Notes under the pieces: generated by a model
Told to the model about the DNA's origin: nothing
The model's input: only the letters and a program-made list of their open reading frames with translations
The model's database searches: none
Part shown: piece after piece, positions 8,793 through 18,647 of the stretch
Layout of the letters: each line of letters begins with the position of its first letter
Position numbering within the stretch: position 1 is the first letter of the stretch
NCBI GenBank assembly: GCA_040954595.2
Contig: JBECUI020000060.1
Span: 1 to 47,192, forward strand
Reading direction: 5' to 3'
From: Balanoglossus misakiensis
Lineage: Eukaryota; Animalia; Hemichordata
DNA length: 47,192 nt
Program-made: the position numbers and the translations under genes

Positions 8793-10278
8793 CGGTGTCC
8801 CCGGCACCAATTATCCGCATCATCTCGGCCATGGACACCTCTCCGGCCAACACCGCCTCGACAGCCTGCTCGCGCAGGCGCCCGCCTCCGGCAAAAGCAT
8901 ATGCCTCTATCTTGTCCTGAGAAACAGCGTCATGGATCATCCGGCGCAAATTCGCATCGGGCAAAATCAGCTCATAAAGCCCGATCCGGCCAGCATGACC
9001 AGTATGCGCACAGGCCTGACAGCCCTCGGCTCGCCATAATGTCAGCTCAGAGCCAGAGTCTCGCTCCAGCAAGAATAAATCTGCCTCCTCGGCCGGATAG
9101 GAAAAGCGACAATGCCGACAAAGACGCCGCGCCAGCCTTTGCGCCAATACCGCCCTTATACCCGAAGCCAGCAAAAACGACTCTATGCCAAAATCTCGCA
9201 GCCGAGTCAGAGCCGCCGCCGCCGAATTGGTATGAACCGTAGACAATACCAAATGACCGGTAAGACTAGCCTGAACCGCTATCCTGGCCGTTTCGGCATC
9301 ACGGATCTCGCCGATCATCACTATGTCTGGATCTTGCCGCAAAATGGCTCTCAGCCCGGCAGCAAAATCCAGTCCGGCGCGAGGATTGATCTGGGTCTGG
9401 CCAACCCCGTCAAGCCCGTATTCAACCGGATCTTCTACCGTCAATATGTTGCGCGTCCGATCATTCAAAGCACCAAGAGCGGCATATAATGTCGTAGTCT
9501 TGCCGGCTCCGGTCGGCCCGGTGACCAGAATAATCCCGTTCGGAGCAGAAAGCACCGTCCGCAAGCCCGTCAATACCGGCTCCGACATGCCAAGAGCCGA
9601 TAATTCCAGCCGCGCTCCGCCCTGATCGAGAATGCGCATCACTACTCTCTCGCCATGATGCGCCGGCAATACCGATACCCGCAAATCCAGCGTCCGCCCA
9701 CCCAGCGACAAGGAAACGCGCCCATCTTGCGGCAACCGCCTCTCGGCTATGTCCAGCCGAGCCATCACCTTGACCCGCGACGTCAAAAAAGATGCAATCC
9801 GCCGCGGCAATGAAGCTCGCTCGCGCATCACCCCATCAAGACGAAACCGAACTTGTGTCCGATCCTCAAAAGGCTCAAGATGAATGTCAGAAGCCCCGGC
9901 CCGCACCGCCTCGGCAATCATCCCATTGATCAAACGAGCTACCGGCGCATCATCAGAATTGTCCAGCAAATCATCCTGATGCCCGGCTCCGTCAAGCAAC
10001 TCCTCCAGACTCTCGCCCGGAGACGCCACATCAATATCATCCTCCATCCCGACCCGGCCATAAAGATTGGAAATAACCGTGGCAAATTGCTCTGGCTCCA
10101 AACTCCGCACCGGCAAATCGCCTCCGGCCACTCGCAGCGCCTCCAGCAGCGCCAGTACCGGACAATCCTCCCTTACCGCCAGATGCGCACCATCCTCTCC
10201 ATCCGGAACCAGCAACACACCATGACGATGCGCAAAACGATAAGGCAATATTCCGGAAAATATAGCCTCAGCGCTCAT
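8773..10278 (-). CDS. gspE: Type II secretion ATPase E
   Basis: ASDIHLEP, Walker A GPTGAGKTTT, LRQDPDIVMIGEIRD, tetracysteine CRHC/CQAC. Confidence 0.97.
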   Translation of the reverse strand: MSAEAIFSGILPYRFAHRHGVLLVPDGEDGAHLAVREDCPVLALLEALRVAGGDLPVRSLEPEQFATVISNLYGRVGMEDDIDVASPGESLEELLDGAGHQDDLLDNSDDAPVARLINGMIAEAVRAGASDIHLEPFEDRTQVRFRLDGVMRERASLPRRIASFLTSRVKVMARLDIAERRLPQDGRVSLSLGGRTLDLRVSVLPAHHGERVVMRILDQGGARLELSALGMSEPVLTGLRTVLSAPNGIILVTGPTGAGKTTTLYAALGALNDRTRNILTVEDPVEYGLDGVGQTQINPRAGLDFAAGLRAILRQDPDIVMIGEIRDAETARIAVQASLTGHLVLSTVHTNSAAAALTRLRDFGIESFLLASGIRAVLAQRLARRLCRHCRFSYPAEEADLFLLERDSGSELTLWRAEGCQACAHTGHAGRIGLYELILPDANLRRMIHDAVSQDKIEAYAFAGGGRLREQAVEAVLAGEVSMAEMMRIIGAGDTDGNGGV

Positions 10279-12154
10279 CGGACTTGTCCTCAGTTGGATA
10301 AAACACCTCGCGGCTCCCGCTGATCGCCATCGAGCGAGCCGTCTGTGCTCGCGCTACTGCCCCGTCCCGGACGATCACCGGACGCAAGAATATCATCAGA
10401 TTGGTCCGCTCCGAAGTGCTGGCCTTGCTACGAAACAAAGCTCCCAAAATCGGAATGTCGCCAAGAAATGGAATACGGTAATTGCTGCCCGTACTGACCT
10501 CCTGGATCAAGCCTCCAAGCACTATCACCTCGCCATCCTCGGCCAGAACGCTGGTCTTGATCTCGCGCTTGGTGGTCACCGGCTCGGTCGAGGATAGTGA
10601 CGTAACCACAACCTGACGGCTCAAGGCCGAAACACTCTGGGTAACCTCCATCCGGATCAGATCACCACGGCTGATTTGTGGCTTTACCGTCAATTCCACT
10701 CCGACATCCTCGCGCTTTATGGTGCGAAACGGATTGTCATTGGAAGAGCCTAATACTTCGCCGCTGGTCACAGGTATCTCCATCCCGACCAGAATCTGCG
10801 CCGACTGATTGTCCAGAGTAAGTATCGATGGCGTAGACAAGATACGCGAACGCGTATCCGTAGCTACTGCATTCAAAATAGCGCCAAAAATACCGCCCTG
10901 GCCAAATCCCAGCGCCTGACCTGCTACCAAACTATTGGCATTGGACAAGCGCGACAAGGCCGACTGAACCAGAGCCGGTTGCGCCGTACTGCCAGCCAAT
11001 GCCGCCTCATTACGCTGCACCAGAGCACCGGCTATGCCCAAAATACTCACCGGTGAGGACGCAAATGAACTGGCCAGCATCGGCAAAGCCGAATTGCCGC
11101 CGCCATAAAGAGCTAATTGCACCCCTAATTCGCGAGCCTTGGAATCCGTGACCTCGACAATGATCGCCTCGACCAGAACCTGAGCTTGCCGCTTGTCCAG
11201 CCGCGCGACAATATCGGTAAATTCCCGTAACGTCCCCGGAGGCGCTCGAATGATCAAGGCATTGCCCGGCTCATAAGCGGCAATAGTAGTATTATTATTA
11301 CCGCTCCTGCTGGCCAGTTGCTGCAAGATCGGGATAATATCCGCCGCCTGTGCATGATTCAGAGCAATGATCTCCACCGGACTTTCCGCTCCTTGCGCGG
11401 CAGTATCGACCTGGCTGGCGATTTGCTCCATGCGCTCGACATCCCTTGCGGCACCATGGATGATCAGGCTATTGGCGCCATCGGCGGCCACCGCCAGCGC
11501 ATCGGATGAATAAGCCTTGTCGGGACGGCTCCGCAGCACGCCATTGATGATCCGTGCCGCCTCCCCGGCGCCAATATGCTCAAGCGCAATGACTCGCGTA
11601 ACCGTATAATCCTGATCCAGTTCCGCCAAAGCGCTTTTTATCCGCTCCATATTGGAGGCATAATCCACCACTATCAACAGTCTCGACCCGCGGATCGGGT
11701 GAATTACCCCTCCCGGAGCAAGCAATGGCCTTAGCGCTTCGGCGGCTCTTTCCGCATCGAGAAAGGACAAGGACAATACCGCCGTGCGCAACTGCTCCGG
11801 AGCCGTGGGCGGAGCCGAAGTAACCGCTTGGCGCTCCGGGACAATGGAATAGCTATGCGCTCCGACCGGAACCACCGCATAGCCTTGCGCTTTCAAGGTG
11901 GTAGTGAAGACGACAAACACTTCTTCTGCAGTCAGATCCGCTTGCGAAATAATATTGGCCTTGCCCCGAACCTGAGGATGAATGGTGAAAGTATTGCCAG
12001 TCATGGCAGCGACATCTCCGATCAGAGCCGGCAAATCGACATCGCTCATATTCAGCCGGTGCCGCGTCTCCGCTCCGGACTGCTGAGCCGCCGCCGCCGA
12101 ACAAAATAATAGCCCAGCCAATGCCAAACGTACTATAAGAACAAAAACACTCAT
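10268..12154 (-). CDS. gspD: Type II secretion secretin D
   Basis: Signal peptide, QVLVEAIIVEV, LSTPSILTLDNQ.A.I.VG, IPFLGDIPILGALFRS. Confidence 0.96.
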   Translation of the reverse strand: MSVFVLIVRLALAGLLFCSAAAAQQSGAETRHRLNMSDVDLPALIGDVAAMTGNTFTIHPQVRGKANIISQADLTAEEVFVVFTTTLKAQGYAVVPVGAHSYSIVPERQAVTSAPPTAPEQLRTAVLSLSFLDAERAAEALRPLLAPGGVIHPIRGSRLLIVVDYASNMERIKSALAELDQDYTVTRVIALEHIGAGEAARIINGVLRSRPDKAYSSDALAVAADGANSLIIHGAARDVERMEQIASQVDTAAQGAESPVEIIALNHAQAADIIPILQQLASRSGNNNTTIAAYEPGNALIIRAPPGTLREFTDIVARLDKRQAQVLVEAIIVEVTDSKARELGVQLALYGGGNSALPMLASSFASSPVSILGIAGALVQRNEAALAGSTAQPALVQSALSRLSNANSLVAGQALGFGQGGIFGAILNAVATDTRSRILSTPSILTLDNQSAQILVGMEIPVTSGEVLGSSNDNPFRTIKREDVGVELTVKPQISRGDLIRMEVTQSVSALSRQVVVTSLSSTEPVTTKREIKTSVLAEDGEVIVLGGLIQEVSTGSNYRIPFLGDIPILGALFRSKASTSERTNLMIFLRPVIVRDGAVARAQTARSMAISGSREVFYPTEDKSDER

Positions 12155-12168
12155 GGCAAAAATAGCGC

Positions 12169-13017
12169 CTAACCAAACCGAATTCGCAAAAGATGCAGTT
12201 CTCCGGAGCGCCGCAACTCGATCTCGATATGATCGATAGCGGCCATGTCTCGGCCAAGAGCGGCAAAGTCAAAACCCTGGTCAAGACGCTTGCCTCCCAT
12301 CGCTATGATCACATCATGACGCCGCAAGCCAGACTTCGCAAATAGCTCATTATTCGGCGGAAAAACACGAATGCCATCACCGACCCTCTCCGCCCGATCC
12401 AGCCTTAATTGCGCCAATATCTGAGTAAATTCCGCACGATCAAGCGTAACCATATGCAAGCTCGCCGGCAAAGAAGCCGAAGAAGAAGCAATCGGCTCAC
12501 CCGGCTCCGCCGGAGCCAGACCGGTAATCGCCAGCTTCTCCCTTATTCCGTTTCGCTCCAGCAAAATATGATAGGGCATGATTTCGGCAATATGCGCTAC
12601 AGTGCCCTCGATCTGGTCTCCGGACGCATAAAGACGCTGCTTTCCGCCCTCGCTGGAAATGACCGCCATGCCGCCTCCGGAGTAAAAACGAACACCATGC
12701 AAAACCAGTCGCAATGGCGTATCCGGAACCTGCCTTGCCGCTACTGCTCCGGGCCGGGCGGCTCCGGACTGAAACGGATTGGCCGATCCCCTCTTAGCAT
12801 CAGCTACTCCGCCCGACAGCGAAGCACCCGTACCAATCATCGCCAGATCATTGCTCAAAACCGATGCCGGAACTATCAATGCCCAGAATAAACGCCCCAA
12901 TAAAATAGCTATCACTCCGATCAGCACAATGACCAGAACCCGCGCAGAGCGGATAAGCATAATAGTGCCAGACTCGCCCGCAGCAAAAAACAATGCCGGG
13001 AAATGCTTCAACATCAA
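12169..13017 (-). CDS. gspC: Type II secretion protein C with PDZ-like C-terminus
   Basis: N-terminal TM, T.LRL.LHGV HR domain, GLRRHDVIIA.GG PDZ-like tail; first gene of the operon. Confidence 0.8.
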   Translation of the reverse strand: MMLKHFPALFFAAGESGTIMLIRSARVLVIVLIGVIAILLGRLFWALIVPASVLSNDLAMIGTGASLSGGVADAKRGSANPFQSGAARPGAVAARQVPDTPLRLVLHGVRFYSGGGMAVISSEGGKQRLYASGDQIEGTVAHIAEIMPYHILLERNGIREKLAITGLAPAEPGEPIASSSASLPASLHMVTLDRAEFTQILAQLRLDRAERVGDGIRVFPPNNELFAKSGLRRHDVIIAMGGKRLDQGFDFAALGRDMAAIDHIEIELRRSGELHLLRIRFG

Positions 13018-13158
13018 TTTCTCTCCAGATCTCCAAAAAACGAAATCCGGCCGCTATTACAAAAAAATATATTCAACTTGAATATAATCGGGCAAAATCA
13101 CCTGTCTTGTCAAATGAACAATACATATGACCAGGCCAACAAAGAAGCAAGATTCAGG

Positions 13159-13593
13159 CTAGAGCCTCTTCTTGTCTACGCCTTCCATATGCATTTGCTG
13201 CTTGTTGTTCATGACAGTTCCGCCGGTAAATTTGCTGACAGAATCCTTGTCAGAGCTTTGCACCTTGCCCTGAAAACGAGCACCTTGCTCTATGCTCAGA
13301 TTTTCGTTGACGATATCACCATCGACGCTGCAACCAGAGCATAATTGGACACTGACTCCAGCGAGGCTGCCGGTCACCTTGCCGCGGATAACCATATTCT
13401 CTGCCCTGGCATGGCCGGCAACGCTACCTTTTTCGCCGATTGTTATAGCGGCGGCTTCGACATCGCCCTCGATGACGCCATCAATCTGGACTTCTCCATG
13501 CGAGATAATATTACCGATAATACGGACATCATTGCCGATTAAAGACGGACCAGAATGTATAGCTGCTACTCCAGCTTTTTTCTGGCTTGCCAT
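13159..13593 (-). CDS. Bactofilin (polymer-forming cytoskeletal protein); start uncertain, ORF is open to 13686
   Basis: SLIG.DVRIIGNI...GEVQIDG.IEGDV ... V.GDI....LSIEQGARFQG beta-helix pattern. Confidence 0.9.
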   Translation of the reverse strand: MASQKKAGVAAIHSGPSLIGNDVRIIGNIISHGEVQIDGVIEGDVEAAAITIGEKGSVAGHARAENMVIRGKVTGSLAGVSVQLCSGCSVDGDIVNENLSIEQGARFQGKVQSSDKDSVSKFTGGTVMNNKQQMHMEGVDKKRL

Positions 13594-13694
13594 TGCTCCG
13601 GTTTTTTTCCCCCCAGTCCAGCCATTTTTCATCAGAATACCCATCTTAATGCCATATAAAAACGGCATATAAGCTATTGCTGTCAAGCTTTAAT

Positions 13695-14930
13695 TCATCT
13701 CCTCATATATTCACCGGCCTCGATAAAGCGCATCGGATTATACACCTTGCCTCCGAACAACACTTCATAATGCAGGTGAATACCAGTGCTCCGGCCGGTG
13801 CTGCCCATAGCACCGAGATTGTGACCACTATTCACATATTCGCCGCTCTCTACCTCAAATGAGCGCAAATGACCATAGCGCGACTTGAAACCAAAGCCAT
13901 GATCGATCTCCACCACATTGCCATAGCCGGATTTGTGCCCGGCATAGGTCACCTTCCCCGGAGCTACCGCAATGATCGGAGAATTGGGCCAAGCGGCAAT
14001 ATCCACTCCGGAATGCCAGGCCATTTGGCCGGAAAAAGGATCAAGACGACGGCCAAAGGGCGAGGTCAGACGATATTCGCTGCCAACCGGACCGCCTAAA
14101 GGTACCGAATTGATCAATTCCTCGATCAACATGCTTTCCTCCAGACGCGCTGCAACCTGTCGGGCACGGGCAAAAAACTGATCATCGCCCTCGCGCTGAC
14201 CCGTATCGGGTAGCTCGACATAAGGACCGCCAATATTGCTGGCTCGCTGGATCAGCTCTCTGACGCTGACACCGGTTGCGTCAAGGACGCCACGAAAATG
14301 CTCGATACGATCGACCAGAACGGATTCGGTTATGTCCAGAAAATGCAATTGCTCCCTGGCGACCTGTTGCAGTTTTTCCTGTGGTCCATTTTGCGCTCCG
14401 TTTTGCGCTCCATCGCCGGGCTTTTCTCCGGACGGAACCGAGGGGCGATCCCGGCGGCGATCCGCCTCATCGAGCGTAGCCTTGATCAATACCGATTCAC
14501 GCCCCTTTCGATCGGGCTGGGTATCTAGTCCGGCTTCATTGCGCACCTGCTCCAGCAAAGAACTCAGCACCGCATGACGACGCTCGAAATCGCTCGAGGC
14601 CTGATCAAAGGAAACTGTTTTTTCCTCCAGCAGCGACATGGCCGCCGCCTCCTTGGCCCGAGCATGGCGCAAGCCATTGCGATAGCTGTCATTCTCGCGG
14701 AGGATATCTGCTGAAATCTTGCCTCGATTTGGCAGATTGATAAAGAAATCGGCCGTTGCATACAGCATCCAGCCCAGCAATATCGTGCCTATGCCAACGC
14801 CCAGCATCTGCACTCGCGGTGATAGTGTCAAAAAGCGAACCGAGCCGTCACTACGATGAAATATCTGCCGTTCCGGGAACAAACGATCCAGCAGTTTTCT
14901 CTTGTCACGGACGAAAAAAAATCTGCTCAT
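13695..14930 (-). CDS. Membrane-anchored M23 metallopeptidase with coiled coil
   Basis: FPERQIFHRS N-terminus, TM helix, HSGVD and HLHYEV zinc motifs, GSTGRSTG. Confidence 0.92.
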   Translation of the reverse strand: MSRFFFVRDKRKLLDRLFPERQIFHRSDGSVRFLTLSPRVQMLGVGIGTILLGWMLYATADFFINLPNRGKISADILRENDSYRNGLRHARAKEAAAMSLLEEKTVSFDQASSDFERRHAVLSSLLEQVRNEAGLDTQPDRKGRESVLIKATLDEADRRRDRPSVPSGEKPGDGAQNGAQNGPQEKLQQVAREQLHFLDITESVLVDRIEHFRGVLDATGVSVRELIQRASNIGGPYVELPDTGQREGDDQFFARARQVAARLEESMLIEELINSVPLGGPVGSEYRLTSPFGRRLDPFSGQMAWHSGVDIAAWPNSPIIAVAPGKVTYAGHKSGYGNVVEIDHGFGFKSRYGHLRSFEVESGEYVNSGHNLGAMGSTGRSTGIHLHYEVLFGGKVYNPMRFIEAGEYMRR

Positions 14931-15242
14931 GGCATCACGTTTCTCATGGCATCACGCTTGCTGCTCATACACTGAATACACATATATGCTTGCCCGTATG
15001 CTTGACTAATCGGAACCACATACATGCAAATTATGGCTATAATCAACTCCTGCACGATTATAGTTGTTGAAATAATTCCAGATTCATTGCCATCCAAGTT
15101 AATATGAGGTGAATGATATGGTTTTACCGCAGGAGCTTCCGCCATTGGAGGCTTTACTGGCAAAAGAGGCCTGCTTGCCTACCAAAATTGGCAAGAGCAT
15201 GATATTTTACAAGCTCTTCAGGATAATAGGGAGATTGGCGTT

Positions 15243-18200
15243 TTGGCAAAGAAATCGGTATTGCTGAAAACCGTGCTGGAAGTTGCGGGCCTGATTGTGC
15301 TTGTTTTTCTGGTTGGGGTAGCGGTGTTGTTTTGGCGATTTTCGCAAGGTCCGATCAATCTGGCGGTTTTCAAGCCGCGGCTTGAGGCATATCTGGGGCA
15401 GCTACTTGGCGACAGGGAGGTGAATATTGCTTCATTCACCCTGGAATGGGCCAAGGATCGGCGGAGAATCGAGGCGCTGGCCCGTGAGATCACCGCTCCG
15501 GAGACACAAGAGCAAGGCCGGATCGAGATCGGCAAAGCCTTGCTCAAGCTCGAGGCTCCGGCCTTGTTGCGGTTTCGGGTCAAGCCTTTGAGCCTGCATA
15601 TGGAGTCTGGGCTGATCCGGCTAAGAGCCGCTGATAGCTCCGGAGACGAGACAGAAACCGAGCAGGATTTCTTTGAGCAGTTCAGACAAAATCTCGACAA
15701 TCTGACCTTGCGCCAATTTTCGCTGACCGGCTTCGTGCTGGAGCGCGTGGATGGAGCCAGCAATACGCCTTTATGGGCTATACGCAATATTGACGCTCAT
15801 AGTGATTTTGATGGCCGCAAATTTAGCCTGTCGCTCGATGGCGAGTTTGTCAGCAAAAACCATGATACGGAGCTACCGGGCAAGATCGTGCTTTCGGCAA
15901 GAGCTGACTTGGCGGAGTCCAAATTCCGGCTCGGCTTGCAAGGCGATAATCTGTCTGGGGTACAGGCGCATTTTTTCCCGCATTTACCGGTCTTTTTCAC
16001 CGGTGCCCTGGAAGCGCAGGCCGAGCTGGTCGCAAAGCCCGGAGAGCCTCACCAACCCGCCATGATCGAGCTTAGTGGCTCTGGCGGAGATTTCATGCTG
16101 AAAAAAACCGGCGAAATCTATCCGGTCAAGGCTTTTGACGGCAAAATAAGCTATGCTGCTGGACAGGTCACTATTCCGGCCATCAATATTGACAGTGCTG
16201 CGATTGGCGGGCGGCTATCCGGACAGGTCAATACTGGCTCTGCAACAAATATCGGTATGGATCTTCGCGTCGATGATTTGCGCGTCAATATTCCCAACTG
16301 GTTCGAGCAGGCTTTGGCGATAAAGCTGCTTCGGGTCGATGGTGAATTCGATACGGAAAAAATGCTGCTGAGCGCCAATAATTTTACTCTGGCCGATCAG
16401 GACACCTCATTTTCCGGCTCTGCCGAGATCACTTTTGCCGGAGACCGCAGCAAATGCAATGCCGAGCAATATAATTGCTTTGGCCTGAAGCTCAGCACCA
16501 AGAGCACCGGCAAGCTCGTTCGCGATAATCTGCTACGTTACTGGCCTTTGCCGATAGCTCCAGAGGGGCGCAACTGGGTCAGGGATTTTGCGCCTTTGGG
16601 GACAATGTATGACATCAGGGTCGAGACAAATGCTGATTTTGGTGATTTCGGCTTGTTACCGCTTCCTGACAAGGTTCTAGATTTGTATTTCACGCTTGAG
16701 GGGACGTCTGTATTGACCATGCCTGACCTGCCTCCGGCCAGTTCTCTTGCCGGCACCGGACATTTGCGCGGCAACAGCCTGTCTTTCCAGATCAAGCGCG
16801 GGGCTTTCGGAGAATGGGAGATATATGAAGGCCAGCTTGATATCGAAAAGCTCTACCCTCCGACCGGGCAAGGGCAGTTAGCCTGTCGCGGGCGAGGCCA
16901 GTTGGCGGATATCTTGCGCATTTTGGAAAATTCAGAAATCGGCGGCGGTACCAGTTCTTTTCTGGACACGGATCGGGTTATGGGACAGGGCGATTTGCGA
17001 ATAGAGCTGTCTTTTCCGCTATATGAGGTCGAAAATCCGATCTTGCCCTATACTATGGAGGGCAGTTTTAGCGATGTTTTCGTTCCGGATCTGATGGGAG
17101 AATTTGGCTTGCGTGATGCATCCATGTCCGTAGTCGGCGACACCTATAATTATGAGATAGAGGGGAGCGGTATCTTTGCCGATATGCCGGTAGATTTCAC
17201 CTGGACCGAGAAAATCATCGAATATCCATTGGTGACCCGGAGCCGGATCAAGGTGTCCGGGGTAGCCGATGAGGATGCATTGAATGGCTTTGGTATTCCG
17301 GTGCGAGGCTTTGTTGCTGGTCCGACTCTGTTTGAGTTTAGCGGTCAAGGTGCAGGTCGCTCAATGGATACGATGTTGTTGCAGTTGGACTTGTCGGGGG
17401 TGACGATGAAAATCGACGATATCGGCTGGAGCAAGGGCGTTGGCGCAGCGGCCAGAGCGCGGCTGCATTATGGCGGTAGCATTGGCAAGGGCGGCATGGG
17501 CGTGCTGGATATCAATGCCGGCGATTTGACCTTGTATGGCGAGGCCGAGATCGATGCTGAGGGCAAGCTGCTCCGGGGCAATATTGAGCGGCTGGACATA
17601 GCGGATAAATTCGCCGGATCGGGGACTGTTCGCTATATTGATCCGAATATTTATGCGGTTAATTTTGTCGGCGATCGCTTTGACATCACCCCCTTCATCG
17701 AGAAAATCAAGGCCGGAGGCTGGACCAAAGAGAGTCGGAACCAGGCGAGGAAACGCGATTCTTCGCGTTTTTTGATCGGGATAGATGTAAAGGACATGGC
17801 CTTGCTGCATGGTCAGCATCTGAACGATGCCAAATTCTATGTCGAGCTTGGAGCCAACCGGGTCGAGGAAGCGTTTTTGTCGGGGACTATCGGCGAGGAG
17901 AATGTCAGCTTTGATCTGTCTTTGGGCAAGGAGGGCACCGCCAGCGTTTTGCAGCTGGATTCTGCAGATGCCTCTTTTTTGCTCCGCGCCCTGTTTGGCA
18001 ATGAGACGCTAACCGGCGGACAGATGACCGCTTCGGCGGTTTTACAAGCCAATAATGATCTATCGGCGAATATCAATATCAAGGATGCGGTATTGAAGAA
18101 TGCTCCGATATTGGTGAAGGTTTTGACCTTGGCTTCTCTTCCGGCCTTGCTGGATAATTTGGGCAAAAAGGGGTTGTTATTCTCGGAGATCAATCTGCCC

Positions 18201-18647
18201 ATAGAGCGCAAAAATGGTACTTTGCTTGTTCCTGGGGCACGGGCTTCTGGGCCTGGTCTTGGTCTTACGGCTGTTGGCTGGCTATCGCCTGTTTCAGGTC
18301 GGGTCAGTATGGACGGAGTAATTGTGCCTTCTTTTGGCATTAATTCCTTTTTGGGCGGCATTCCGATCATTGGCAATTTGTTTGTATCAAGGCGCGGCGA
18401 GGGAATATTTGCAGTAGTTTATTCGATCCGCGGTGATTTGCAAAATGTTGAGGTCAAGATCAATCCGGTATCGATTTTGGCTCCTGGTATCTTGCGGCGA
18501 GTTTTTGAAAACCCCTCGACCCTGCCCGGAGCATCGGATCTTGCGCCGACAAAGCCGCAACCAAAAGCGGCCACGCAACTGGTCCCACAGCGCGACACCA
18601 AATCACCGCTAGAAGCACCGGGGCTAAAGCCCGGACATATTCGCTGA
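15243..18647 (+). CDS. YhdP/AsmA-like (DUF3971) envelope protein
   Basis: 1134 aa, N-terminal TM with GPI.L, YWP..IAP.GR.WV, C-terminal G.IVP.FGINS.LG.IPIIG.L...GEGIFA..Y.I.G...V.INP.S.LAPG.LRR.FE. Confidence 0.85.
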   Translation: MAKKSVLLKTVLEVAGLIVLVFLVGVAVLFWRFSQGPINLAVFKPRLEAYLGQLLGDREVNIASFTLEWAKDRRRIEALAREITAPETQEQGRIEIGKALLKLEAPALLRFRVKPLSLHMESGLIRLRAADSSGDETETEQDFFEQFRQNLDNLTLRQFSLTGFVLERVDGASNTPLWAIRNIDAHSDFDGRKFSLSLDGEFVSKNHDTELPGKIVLSARADLAESKFRLGLQGDNLSGVQAHFFPHLPVFFTGALEAQAELVAKPGEPHQPAMIELSGSGGDFMLKKTGEIYPVKAFDGKISYAAGQVTIPAINIDSAAIGGRLSGQVNTGSATNIGMDLRVDDLRVNIPNWFEQALAIKLLRVDGEFDTEKMLLSANNFTLADQDTSFSGSAEITFAGDRSKCNAEQYNCFGLKLSTKSTGKLVRDNLLRYWPLPIAPEGRNWVRDFAPLGTMYDIRVETNADFGDFGLLPLPDKVLDLYFTLEGTSVLTMPDLPPASSLAGTGHLRGNSLSFQIKRGAFGEWEIYEGQLDIEKLYPPTGQGQLACRGRGQLADILRILENSEIGGGTSSFLDTDRVMGQGDLRIELSFPLYEVENPILPYTMEGSFSDVFVPDLMGEFGLRDASMSVVGDTYNYEIEGSGIFADMPVDFTWTEKIIEYPLVTRSRIKVSGVADEDALNGFGIPVRGFVAGPTLFEFSGQGAGRSMDTMLLQLDLSGVTMKIDDIGWSKGVGAAARARLHYGGSIGKGGMGVLDINAGDLTLYGEAEIDAEGKLLRGNIERLDIADKFAGSGTVRYIDPNIYAVNFVGDRFDITPFIEKIKAGGWTKESRNQARKRDSSRFLIGIDVKDMALLHGQHLNDAKFYVELGANRVEEAFLSGTIGEENVSFDLSLGKEGTASVLQLDSADASFLLRALFGNETLTGGQMTASAVLQANNDLSANINIKDAVLKNAPILVKVLTLASLPALLDNLGKKGLLFSEINLPIERKNGTLLVPGARASGPGLGLTAVGWLSPVSGRVSMDGVIVPSFGINSFLGGIPIIGNLFVSRRGEGIFAVVYSIRGDLQNVEVKINPVSILAPGILRRVFENPSTLPGASDLAPTKPQPKAATQLVPQRDTKSPLEAPGLKPGHIR

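Noticed and set aside
14927-15163. 78-aa ORF upstream of the M23 peptidase
   Set aside because: No recognisable motif; AT-rich divergent promoter region; its 3' end is made of the duplicated start sequence
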